From a virus: a DNA stretch of 45,512 nucleotides. Positions 24,296 through 32,676 of this stretch are shown here, piece after piece. The stretch is taken from IMG/VR virus record IMGVR_UViG_3300048837_001975; one strand, 5' to 3'. Position 1 is the stretch's first letter. Each line of letters begins with the position of its first letter. The notes beneath the pieces are model-generated. The model had not been told where the DNA came from and searched no databases. It worked only from the letters and a program-made list of their open reading frames with translations. The translations under genes and the position numbers were made by a program.

Positions 24296-25671
24296 TATAC
24301 TTTGTTTTTAACGCGATCTGTACTTGTTGTGTCTTCTTCCCTTTGTGGGGCTATGTGATAGAAGCCTACTTTCACTTCCTTTTCTGGCCAGTTGGCTTTA
24401 ATGGCGTAGTTCAAAGGTTTGCATACTATCATTTCAGGTATATCGATACCGGTGATTAGATAGTTTTTAAGAGCGTAGAGCTGCTCACTTCCGGAATCTG
24501 ACTTTCCACTTTCACCTGCTCCGCCAAGGGCAGGGTGCATACCAACGCCTGCAGCTACCGAACGGTTGGCTTCTTTGCTTATTTCGAGATTGGAAGTCAC
24601 CAAATCTTTTAAGTTGCCCGGTATTTCCTTTATCTCCCAACCGTGCTCTAGAATGTTATTTCCATCTACTTCAACATACTTAACAGTGTGCCAAAACTTC
24701 CCAGTGTTATCTGCACCGGATAAGGCTGTAGTTACTTTACGCAGATATTTTGTTCGCTCAGTGAGGAGCATTGAAGCTTCATAATTTTTTTTATCCCGTA
24801 TGCATTTTTCCTTTAACTCTTCTTCCATTTTCTCCCAGAACTTTGCAGGGGAAATAACGTGATACTTTACATTGATACTGTTTTTGGCAAATGCTTTTAA
24901 TATCAATGGTACAGCAGTGGATCTTCTAAGCCACTCTAATGAACCGTATAGGTCAGGAACCGCATAATAATCACTGCAGAAGCTGTACATATTGCTGTAG
25001 TAGTATGCGTTTTTATGCTTGAATGGATCGTTATAGTCGAACAGTGGATACACAACGTGTTCGGTACTGCTTTGATAGTGGCGATTGAAGTCTGGCGTAT
25101 ATATGCAATGGGTAGCATCCTTGCCGGGATCTGATGATAGTTTCGCTAGTCGGTGATTGTTTGCGTTGCGATGCTCTAGTTTTGCGATCTTGGGAGCTCT
25201 TCCTAATCGTGCTGATCTATCCTGATAAAACATAGTACCTACACACTCTATATAATGGAAGTCCACACAGGCTTTCATTAGGTATTTTTCATAATCCCAA
25301 CTCTCAAGCCATTTTGTTACTTCAGCATCTTTTGTCCATTTCTTTACAAGATCTCCTTTCTCATCAAAGTCCTCTATATATAGCTTAGGACCCTTACCCC
25401 ATAGTAATTGAGATTTCTTTTTTAAGATACCTGGAGCAATGTAGTTTTCTTGGACTACATTTCTAATTGTCTGAGGCAGATCATCGGTACTTCCGTATGG
25501 AAATACAGTGTATTGTTGGAGTTGATAGTCCTGATTGGTCCAGTCTAACGACGTACCCTCAGTACGTTTATTATCTAACTCCCTTGGATTCTCAACAGCT
25601 TCAAACGTAAATGAAGCCTCACTGGTTGTAACTAAGCCGCCATTCTCGCGGAACATTTCTACTTCGAACAT
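24295..25671 (-). CDS. Putative portal protein (458 aa)
   Basis: Size, first-large-gene position in this operon segment, and a Gly/Ser-rich acidic segment near the C-terminus (GGAGESGKSDSGSEQLYALKNY) resemble portal proteins. Not verified by any search. Confidence 0.5.
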   Translation of the reverse strand: MFEVEMFRENGGLVTTSEASFTFEAVENPRELDNKRTEGTSLDWTNQDYQLQQYTVFPYGSTDDLPQTIRNVVQENYIAPGILKKKSQLLWGKGPKLYIEDFDEKGDLVKKWTKDAEVTKWLESWDYEKYLMKACVDFHYIECVGTMFYQDRSARLGRAPKIAKLEHRNANNHRLAKLSSDPGKDATHCIYTPDFNRHYQSSTEHVVYPLFDYNDPFKHKNAYYYSNMYSFCSDYYAVPDLYGSLEWLRRSTAVPLILKAFAKNSINVKYHVISPAKFWEKMEEELKEKCIRDKKNYEASMLLTERTKYLRKVTTALSGADNTGKFWHTVKYVEVDGNNILEHGWEIKEIPGNLKDLVTSNLEISKEANRSVAAGVGMHPALGGAGESGKSDSGSEQLYALKNYLITGIDIPEMIVCKPLNYAIKANWPEKEVKVGFYHIAPQREEDTTSTDRVKNKV

Positions 25672-25961
25672 TTGATATCGTATTGGTTAAACGAGGTGAG
25701 TAACGGAAAATAGAACCAACGGTTTTCGTTTGTTTCTAAATCAACATAACCGATTAAGCTACGTGATTTAATACCGTGTTCTGATGAAAGGCCTACACGA
25801 AGCTTAGCCTTCTTTATTTCCTTGAACCCATCACTTTGTTGGGTAGATAGGTTGCATCCAAGAAAGGAGAATGAGAATGGTATGTTGTCGTCTGACAACT
25901 TACGCATTCGCTTTAAGGCTTCGTAATGTGCAATTGCATTCATCCCACAATTATATAACAT
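25659..25961 (-). CDS. Hypothetical protein (100 aa)
   Basis: ATG ORF. A TGCAATTGCA palindrome (25929-25938) sits over codons 8-11, so a start at Met7 is possible. Confidence 0.5.
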   Translation of the reverse strand: MLYNCGMNAIAHYEALKRMRKLSDDNIPFSFSFLGCNLSTQQSDGFKEIKKAKLRVGLSSEHGIKSRSLIGYVDLETNENRWFYFPLLTSFNQYDIKCSK

Positions 25962-25962
25962 A

Positions 25963-26050
25963 ATGGTTGGGATGATTGTGACAGGTAATTAATGGTTATA
26001 ACCACTAAAACCGAATAAGTGGTTGTAGTGGTTAAGACCTAAGTGGTTGG
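25963..26050. repeat. (A/G)TGGTT iteron cluster
   Basis: ATGGTTGG at 25963, ATGGTTATAACCAC at 25992 (containing the palindrome TGGTTATAACCA), AGTGGTTG at 26018, AGTGGTTA at 26027, AGTGGTTGG at 26042. Confidence 0.5.
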
Positions 26051-26331
26051 GCGTGCAAGCCCTTTATTTATGGGCATTTGTCATATATCTAAGAAAAAAG
26101 CCTTTATGCAATTGCAATAACGCCATTGAGCGGGACGGTATCTGCGATGCTTCAAAAACCCGATGCGGGTTTTTGTTTTGGGTTTGTTTGCTGAAATTCA
26201 GTTAATTAGGTTTTTTTGATTTTTAATGGAATGAAATTTTTGAGGGTTTTTTGTTTTAAAAATATGTTATTTAGAATAAGTAAAAATTAGCCTAAACCCC
26301 TGTAAAATATAGATATTTGGCGTGTTTAAAG

Positions 26332-26354
26332 GTCGGAATTTCCGACTTTTTTTT
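26332..26354 (+). terminator. Plus-strand intrinsic-terminator-like hairpin 42 nt upstream of the first island gene
   Basis: GTCGGA-ATT-TCCGAC is followed by eight T residues. A near-identical copy lies at 21632-21653. Confidence 0.55.
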
Positions 26355-26395
26355 GTATCTTTAAGTTATAATAATAACCCTTAAAACCATACATC

Positions 26396-26836
26396 ATGGA
26401 AAAATTGAAAGAGGCGAAAGCCACAAACAACAAGAAAAGTGCAACCGCTAAAAACGCAACCGCAAAAGCGGAGCAAAAGCCACAAGCACAAGGAGAACCA
26501 AAAAAGGAAGATGCAAAAAAAGAAGTTGTGCAAAAAGCCACAACCACCATTGACCAAATTTTGAACCCTACTGCAGAAAGCAGAGTTAAAAAACTTGAAA
26601 TCTTTAACAAGTTAGCCGACAAGAAAAACCGCATAGATACGAAACTTGACGAGTTAACGAGTTTCAGAGTTAGCCAGGACGGAACAGAAGCGAAAATGGA
26701 ATTTTCTGCAGGTAACGGTTACCGCTTCAAGATTAGCAACCCTTTAACCATTAACATGCTTTTGGACGTGGTAGAAAAAGAACTTTCAACACTTCAAACG
26801 CAAACAGACAAGGAAATTTTAAATTTTCAAATCTAG
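26396..26836 (+). CDS. Hypothetical protein with a Lys/Ala-rich basic N-terminal tail (146 aa)
   Basis: ATG ORF followed by a clear terminator. The N-terminal 50 aa are low-complexity K/A/E/Q. Confidence 0.6.
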   Translation: MEKLKEAKATNNKKSATAKNATAKAEQKPQAQGEPKKEDAKKEVVQKATTTIDQILNPTAESRVKKLEIFNKLADKKNRIDTKLDELTSFRVSQDGTEAKMEFSAGNGYRFKISNPLTINMLLDVVEKELSTLQTQTDKEILNFQI

Positions 26837-26849
26837 TATTAATCAAAGA

Positions 26850-26884
26850 ACCCCTAAAGCCGTTGCAGGGCGATAGGGGTTTTT
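26850..26884 (+). terminator. Rho-independent terminator
   Basis: ACCCCTA ... TAGGGGT stem followed by TTTT. Confidence 0.7.
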
Positions 26885-26902
26885 ATAACACATTATAGCA
26901 TC

Positions 26903-27130
26903 ATGGAAAACAACACTACAAAGAGCCGTAAAACTAACCCTTTTTTACTTTCCGAGCAAGTTAAAAGCATTCTACAAAAACAGGGTTTTTCGTCAATCTT
27001 CAATTATGACGATTATAATTTTTTTAAAGAGCAATGCAAAAACGCATTCAATAAAGCGCAAGCCATAGCGGAGAAATTCCGAGCGGAAGCAGAACCACAA
27101 AAAAACGATTTCAAAGATTATATTTTTTAA
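26903..27130 (+). CDS. Hypothetical protein (75 aa)
   Basis: ATG ORF on the island strand. Confidence 0.5.
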   Translation: MENNTTKSRKTNPFLLSEQVKSILQKQGFSSIFNYDDYNFFKEQCKNAFNKAQAIAEKFRAEAEPQKNDFKDYIF

Positions 27131-27294
27131 AGGTACACGTGAGCGGGGAGGAATTTTGTATAACGGCTTTTGAGGATGCACCCCGATAACAAAAACCTGA
27201 AAACGCCTACCGTTGAATATTGGTAAGGAATTAGCCGACAGGCGAAACGATACACGCTTCAAAACTTTAATTCCAACACTTTAACACAAATATC

Positions 27295-27669
27295 ATGGAA
27301 ACACAAAGTAAAGAATTAACGCCAGTACAACAGAAACGCCAAGCCTTGAGAGAAATTTCAAAAGTGGCTAAAATGATGCTTCAATCCGAAGCGATGGAAG
27401 AAGAGAACGTTAACGAAATCGTGATTAATCACTTCTACACAAACGACACGCACCAAGAATTTAAAAGCTTCAAAGGTTGGATGAAAGCAGGATTTGCAGT
27501 AAAGAAAGGTGAAAAGGCTTTTTGTATCTGGGGAAAGCCAAGAGATAAAAAAGAAACCGACCCCCAAGAGGAAAACGAGGAACAGGGCAAAAAATCTAAA
27601 TTTTACCCTTTAGCCTACATTTTCAGCAATGCGCAAGTTGAACCCCTAAAAAAGAAAGAAAGTGCCTAA
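27295..27669 (+). CDS. ArdC N-terminal-domain-like (DUF1738) ssDNA-binding protein; lacks the metalloprotease half
   Basis: EFKSFKGWMKAGFAVKKGEKAFCIWGKP ... FYPLAYIFSNAQVEPL matches the ArdC-N pattern (F..W...G..VkKGEKg..i ... vFN..Q). Confidence 0.6.
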   Translation: METQSKELTPVQQKRQALREISKVAKMMLQSEAMEEENVNEIVINHFYTNDTHQEFKSFKGWMKAGFAVKKGEKAFCIWGKPRDKKETDPQEENEEQGKKSKFYPLAYIFSNAQVEPLKKKESA

Positions 27670-28318
27670 AACAAGAGATATACCACAGGATTTGAGGGAA
27701 TTTAATTCCCTCTTTTCCTTTATAGCAATGCGCCACGATGCCGCGCGCGTCTTCGACGATTTTCTAACCCTTGTTATTTGTGTGCTCGCACGACAAACAC
27801 AAGAGGACTGGTACCTCAGTACCATAAGAAAATACAGCGAAGACGAGATAAATAGATTTCCCAAAATGCTGGGCAGTTTGTTCATTATTTATGAAAACGC
27901 CCGCAGAGCGGGAGAATGGACAGACCCTCTCGGCTCTTTTTATGAAGCCATTGCCGGCAACTATAAAAAAAGTGGCCTAGGGCAATTCTTCACTCCTGAA
28001 GCGATTTGCACAATGTGCGCCCAAATGATTATTCCAAAAGGAACTTTCGGAAAGAATATCAACGAACCCACCTGCGGTAGTGGCCGTATGATATTGGCAA
28101 CCCACATACACGCTCCCGGTAACTACTATGTAGCACAGGATATGGACCATATATGCGTGAAAATGACTTGCATAAACTTGGCAATGCACGGCGTAAAGGC
28201 AGAAGTCCATCACATGGACACCCTGCAGAATAATACGCCTTGGAATAGCTACATAATTAACCACGACTATTGGAAAACAAAAACGCCATTCGTCTATAAA
28301 ATCAACGAAGGAGATTAA
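27662..28318 (+). CDS. Truncated HsdM-like (gamma-class N6-adenine MTase-like) SAM-binding protein with degenerate motif IV
   Basis: GQFFTPEAICTMCAQMI (motif X), INEPTCGSGRMIL (motif I), CINLAMHGV ... HMDTL are present. The NPPF/Y position reads IINHDYW, and the protein ends 17 aa later. Confidence 0.65.
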   Translation: MPKTRDIPQDLREFNSLFSFIAMRHDAARVFDDFLTLVICVLARQTQEDWYLSTIRKYSEDEINRFPKMLGSLFIIYENARRAGEWTDPLGSFYEAIAGNYKKSGLGQFFTPEAICTMCAQMIIPKGTFGKNINEPTCGSGRMILATHIHAPGNYYVAQDMDHICVKMTCINLAMHGVKAEVHHMDTLQNNTPWNSYIINHDYWKTKTPFVYKINEGD

Positions 28319-28344
28319 GATCTCCTTTTAGTTGTTTTCCTGAA

Positions 28345-28377
28345 ACGCCTTACGCTGCAATCGTAAGGCGTTTTTTT
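28345..28377. terminator. Bidirectional terminator between convergent genes
   Basis: A 10-bp perfect stem (ACGCCTTACG / CGTAAGGCGT) with T7 on the plus side and an A-run on the other. Confidence 0.75.
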
Positions 28378-28768
28378 ATAATCTATCTATAACATTCTTT
28401 TGAAAAAAATTTCTTTCTCCAAATTCTTCCTTGCACCGTTCATAATGGGAGCGGCTATTAGTGTAATTTTCTCTAGAAGTTAGAAACCATTGACCATCTG
28501 GAATATCTTTGTTTAAAACTAAATCCATTCCTAGATACTTTTCTCCTTCAGCAAATTGCTTAAGCGCAAGAAAATAATCTTCCGGAAGAACCAGAACATT
28601 AATACTTGTATTTTTTCGATACTGTTTTAAAAAGTTGTCTATTTCAATTACTCGAACCGCATTTTGAAATGCCTCGAAAGACATCGCTGGAGTCATAGGG
28701 CGATTGTCTTCATTTAGACAATCATTAAACCCTTTGAAAATTTTGTGTAGATATTTTTTTTCTGCCAT
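28376..28768 (-). CDS. Hypothetical protein (130 aa from MAEKKYL; the track start is 28795)
   Basis: ATG ORF divergent from the 28849 operon, in an AT-rich segment. Confidence 0.5.
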   Translation of the reverse strand: MAEKKYLHKIFKGFNDCLNEDNRPMTPAMSFEAFQNAVRVIEIDNFLKQYRKNTSINVLVLPEDYFLALKQFAEGEKYLGMDLVLNKDIPDGQWFLTSRENYTNSRSHYERCKEEFGERNFFQKNVIDRL

Positions 28769-28848
28769 ACCCAAAAATACAAAATATGCGCACATCTGTT
28801 ACATTTTCATTACAATTGTGCGTACAATTTTTTGATTATCTTTGAATT

Positions 28849-29268
28849 ATGGAAAAATTTATATTCAACGACAACGAAGTTTCCTTAGATTCAAAAAAAT
28901 TTAATGATTCTTTATTTTTGGACCAAAAAAAATATAAATCTCCATTTCTTATAAAATTAGACCACGAAGAAATAAAGCAAGTTGAAAAATCTTGGCTTGA
29001 AAAATTTCAGAAGGATGATTACACTTCTTTTATACAACGCTTGATCATTGAACAAAAGGATAAATTTGTAAAAATGGTAGCTAACAAATTCATCCCAGGT
29101 TTTGATTCTGAAAAAATTGAAGAATCTTATATTAAAGAAACTTCAAATTTATTTGATTTTCTTTTAGTCTATGACGAAGAAGTAATTGGTCGCGTCATCG
29201 GCAACTTTGATATGGAAGGAAGAGGACAAAATTTAAACTTTAATTTTACCGGAACACCAGGATTATGA
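28849..29268 (+). CDS. Hypothetical protein (139 aa)
   Basis: ATG ORF with a 4-nt ATGA overlap to the next gene. Lys/Glu/Phe-rich and AT-rich coding. Confidence 0.55.
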   Translation: MEKFIFNDNEVSLDSKKFNDSLFLDQKKYKSPFLIKLDHEEIKQVEKSWLEKFQKDDYTSFIQRLIIEQKDKFVKMVANKFIPGFDSEKIEESYIKETSNLFDFLLVYDEEVIGRVIGNFDMEGRGQNLNFNFTGTPGL

Positions 29269-29615
29269 ATAAACCAGCAGAACACACCCCAATGAAGTAT
29301 GAATATAACGAAGACGGAAGCCTTCGGTCAATTTCTGCTGAAATTATTACCGATAGGGTAAGAAGCAAACTTATTGCTCAGGGAACGCATCCCGAAGTAG
29401 CTGATTTTGTAGAAGAAAATTTTCTTGCATTAAATAGTTTGCATTATTCAGACAACAAAATTAATCCAAATTTTCTGTTTGCAGGAGAAAGAATAACAAA
29501 ATCTGCAGCTGAAAAAATAGCTTATTTAAGACAATTTTTAAAGCCAAACGAAAGCTTGGCTTATATTTTTGAAGGTTGTGATCGGTTTATTGGTCCTCAA
29601 TTTAAAAAAGAATAA
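29265..29615 (+). CDS. Hypothetical protein (116 aa)
   Basis: ATG ORF translationally coupled to 28849-29268. It ends 2 nt before the convergent TerL stop. Confidence 0.55.
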   Translation: MNKPAEHTPMKYEYNEDGSLRSISAEIITDRVRSKLIAQGTHPEVADFVEENFLALNSLHYSDNKINPNFLFAGERITKSAAEKIAYLRQFLKPNESLAYIFEGCDRFIGPQFKKE

Positions 29616-29617
29616 CC

Positions 29618-31300
29618 CTACATCCCATCCAGCGCAGTAATAATAACGCTGCGTTTTCTTTTGGCCATATTTGCCCATTTTTTACGGTACATCAAATACT
29701 TAAAGGTATCACCCATATTTGTAGAGTTCATTGGCAGTTGGAAAAGCGGTAAACCTTCGCTGCTTTTATTTTTATAGATCTGCACACTTCCTTTTTTGTC
29801 CCGCTTCTGAAGAATTTTTGTAAGCTCCAGCGACGATTTCAATTCACGGCATTGGTAAACGTCTATCAATAATTTCGGCAAGCCTTCCATTTGCCCGGAA
29901 AGAACATTTTTCATAAAATAGTATTCCTCACTTTGGTAAATGGTAGCCTGGTCACGGCTCATTAAATTCACCGTCCAGCCGGTACGGTTTCCGGATGAAT
30001 CTATTTCAATACAATCCTTCAGTTCTGCAGCCCACGAACGGCCACTACTTTCGTATTGGTTCCCGCTCCTGTCGTAATACATATTCAAAACCTTCCGTTT
30101 GTGGGGCTTAAAAAACTTTATAAAATGATCACCCATTTCGCGCGAGCTCTCCGGCGCCAGTTTATAAATATTCTTCAGACATCTAAATTCCTTGCCGCGC
30201 TCCTGGGCAATTACCATACTCAGCATTCGCCCAAAATCGATACCGCAATCCAATTCAGCATTGGGATCCAGGTACCGCAAAATATTACAGTTCGCTTCTT
30301 CGTGAAGCCCAAGGGAATGATCATAATTTTCATTGATACCATCCCTATAAAAATGGTCCTCACTCAATCCGGAATAAAACTTCTCGCCATCTTCCACGCC
30401 GCCCTTTATGGAAAGAACGCTTTGCTTGAATTCTTCCCATCCCAAAGTGTTGAGCAGATCCTTCAACACTTCCGGAGTAAGCACGTCTATATTGGTAAAG
30501 GAAGATGCCACAATAAAATAAGAAAGGTTTTTCCGAACCCGCAACCAGTCAGCGTATAGCCGTGCCCTGGCTCTAATAAGCTTCCTCACTTCCGCTTTAT
30601 TCTTATTTTTTAAGGCGTTGGCGAGTTTCATTTCATTCTGATAGTAAAAGTAGCCGCAGTAATAGGCCACTTTTGCCTGCTCCAAATTCATATTTTTCCG
30701 AAGCTCCAGCACCCAAGGATCATCGCCTTTTCCCAAGTTGGGTAAATCGGTAGTAAAACAGGTACCGCGGTAGTATGCGGAATGCTGGTACATATTGAAA
30801 CCACGCAATGCCGGCAGGATGATATCCACTTTTGACTTGCCAATGTATTTTACTTCATCCGCCCCAATGTATTGGTACGAGTTCCCCGCAAGTCCGGAAA
30901 CCTCATTTGCGGAACCAATGATGATGGCAGCGCCGTCGCGATGATAAATTGTTTTTTTCCAGTTTTCTACAGGAATGTAGGGCTTTGCGAAATACTTTGG
31001 CGGCGGCTCCCCCTTTACGTAGTCAATGCCATACTTCCAATCGCGAAACTCTCTCCAGCCGGTTTCCAAACCTGGTACCAAGTTTGTCCTGGCATTTTCA
31101 TACGTATTACAAAAAAACATCTGCAGACTCCGGGGCATTTCAATTAAAGCTTCCTGAAAGCGCTCGGCGTGGATTGCGGTCGTTTTACTCGTTCCACGCC
31201 CGGCAATTACCTGCAGATCCTTTGGAGCGATGTACGCAATAGCCTGGCTAAGCCAATTGGCATAGCGAACTTCTACAAGCGGATCGTTTTTTGTTATCAT
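29618..31300 (-). CDS. terL: Terminase large subunit
   Basis: N-terminal Walker A (VIAGRGTSKTT). Size of 560 aa and a two-domain ATPase + nuclease-like layout. TerS-like HTH gene upstream. Confidence 0.8.
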   Translation of the reverse strand: MITKNDPLVEVRYANWLSQAIAYIAPKDLQVIAGRGTSKTTAIHAERFQEALIEMPRSLQMFFCNTYENARTNLVPGLETGWREFRDWKYGIDYVKGEPPPKYFAKPYIPVENWKKTIYHRDGAAIIIGSANEVSGLAGNSYQYIGADEVKYIGKSKVDIILPALRGFNMYQHSAYYRGTCFTTDLPNLGKGDDPWVLELRKNMNLEQAKVAYYCGYFYYQNEMKLANALKNKNKAEVRKLIRARARLYADWLRVRKNLSYFIVASSFTNIDVLTPEVLKDLLNTLGWEEFKQSVLSIKGGVEDGEKFYSGLSEDHFYRDGINENYDHSLGLHEEANCNILRYLDPNAELDCGIDFGRMLSMVIAQERGKEFRCLKNIYKLAPESSREMGDHFIKFFKPHKRKVLNMYYDRSGNQYESSGRSWAAELKDCIEIDSSGNRTGWTVNLMSRDQATIYQSEEYYFMKNVLSGQMEGLPKLLIDVYQCRELKSSLELTKILQKRDKKGSVQIYKNKSSEGLPLFQLPMNSTNMGDTFKYLMYRKKWANMAKRKRSVIITALDGM

Positions 31301-31971
31301 TGTTCCCGGGGATCTTCTTTTTCCTCAAGGAAAAGTTTCATAGGAAGTACGCCAGCTTCTTCCTGTATTTTTTTGATCACCACTTCGTGCAGCTCTGGGT
31401 AGGCTTCCGTCATAGCCTTCAATTCTTTTCGGCTCACTGGAGGCAAACCTACATCTTCCGGAAGTTGAGAATAAAGCTTCAATGGACGGCGTGTAAATTC
31501 TTCATCAATTCCATCATCATCGGGATAAATTTCTTTGATGACATCTTTCATATCAATCATCATTTTCTGCACCTTGGCCGCATCTGCCGTATTGGCCGTA
31601 AGCATTATGGCCACGGAAAGGTTTTTTTCCATTTTCTCCAGCAATTCATTCAGCATTGCTTGTTTGCTTGCCGTAGGATCAATATAAAAGAACTCCACGG
31701 CCTGATTGTGGAGTTTTGTGGCCAAATACCTAGAATAGCCCTCTACGTTCACCAAATAAGAGATAATGGCGTCTTTTGAGCCCCATTTGTCAAAACGCAA
31801 ACGCATAGCGCGCACTTTGTCCATGGCATCAAGATATTCCACAACTTCCTTGGGCATCGTTTTGCTCTCAAAACCACGCTCCATATATTCGTAAATCTGC
31901 TCTATGGAAATATCCTGTATGTCGGGGAATTTACGTGCCAAACCAAATTCTGTTTTTAATGGCCAGAACAT
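31297..31971 (-). CDS. Hypothetical packaging-module protein (224 aa) sharing a DKWGSKD motif with the ParB-like protein
   Basis: ATG ORF with a 4-nt overlap to terL. The motif RLRFDKWGSKDAIISYLV resembles RLNSRSDKWGSKDFLDCYV in 2365-3090. Confidence 0.5.
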   Translation of the reverse strand: MFWPLKTEFGLARKFPDIQDISIEQIYEYMERGFESKTMPKEVVEYLDAMDKVRAMRLRFDKWGSKDAIISYLVNVEGYSRYLATKLHNQAVEFFYIDPTASKQAMLNELLEKMEKNLSVAIMLTANTADAAKVQKMMIDMKDVIKEIYPDDDGIDEEFTRRPLKLYSQLPEDVGLPPVSRKELKAMTEAYPELHEVVIKKIQEEAGVLPMKLFLEEKEDPREQ

Positions 31972-32314
31972 CCTTGGCCTCTTTTATTTTTAGAAAAGTT
32001 TGTGCTGCAGTAATGTTTCCGCTTTCGGCAAGTTGGCGCTGTTTGTCTATCAACAAAAATTCGCTCTGAAGCTTTCCGGCTTGTACAGCGTTCCAAAAAT
32101 CACTGTCCTTAGTTTCGGCTTGCATTTTAAATTCACCGTACTCAAAGCCTAACTGTAGTGCCATTTCACGAAGTGTAAACCCGCAGGCTGCCATCCGCTG
32201 AATTAATTCTTCATCGGTGAGCTCTTCGGGTTCCGGCTTGGATTCCTTTTCAGAAAATTTACTCAAGCTGCCGAAGAATTCGTCTTCGTCATTATTTTTC
32301 CATTTTTTAGCCAT
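31931..32314 (-). CDS. Putative terminase small subunit / HTH DNA-binding protein (127 aa)
   Basis: HTH-like segment LIQRMAACGFTLREMALQLG and a position upstream of terL. Confidence 0.4.
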   Translation of the reverse strand: MAKKWKNNDEDEFFGSLSKFSEKESKPEPEELTDEELIQRMAACGFTLREMALQLGFEYGEFKMQAETKDSDFWNAVQAGKLQSEFLLIDKQRQLAESGNITAAQTFLKIKEAKDVLAIKNRIWFGT

Positions 32315-32666
32315 AAAAAATTATTAAACACCAAGCTATTTTACAAAGAATGTGCAAGGCTTGATCCTGATCAATAGTTGTGTAATTTTCACATTTCAGA
32401 AAATCAATAATCCAATGAAAAATGAATTCAGCAAAAGCTAAATAAATATTTTGGGATATAATAAAAACTGCTCCAGCGTGCGTAAGACTATGCGCTGAAA
32501 GCCAATAAACCCAAACGTGTTTTACAGGTTTTTGTCCTTCAGGAATTTTTGAAAAATCCAATGGGCGATTCCTGTTTTTTCCCCTCGCCATTGAATCTAT
32601 TTGCAAAGGATAATCAGCCACTGCGTGGCCAATAATGAAAAGAAACAATAATGTAACAAATTCCAT
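32307..32666 (-). CDS. DUF3307-like membrane protein (119 aa from MEFVTLL)
   Basis: N-terminal TM helix followed by GHAVADYPLQ (the H..DY.lQ signature of DUF3307), plus further TM helices and His residues. Confidence 0.55.
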   Translation of the reverse strand: MEFVTLLFLFIIGHAVADYPLQIDSMARGKNRNRPLDFSKIPEGQKPVKHVWVYWLSAHSLTHAGAVFIISQNIYLAFAEFIFHWIIDFLKCENYTTIDQDQALHILCKIAWCLIIFYG

Positions 32667-32676
32667 AGTCTCAATT

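Noticed and set aside
26326-26634. 102-aa minus-strand ORF
   Set aside because: It is the antisense shadow of the Lys/Ala-rich N-terminus of the plus-strand gene 26396-26836. It would start inside a terminator hairpin and gives a low-complexity Phe/Ala/Ser-rich product.
27131-27294. A second structured RNA in the 164-bp spacer before the ArdC-N-like gene
   Set aside because: Only short, imperfect stems (CGGGG/CCCCG, CGCCT/AGGCG) could be drawn by eye. That is not enough for a separate call, so it is mentioned only as an unusually long spacer within the island.
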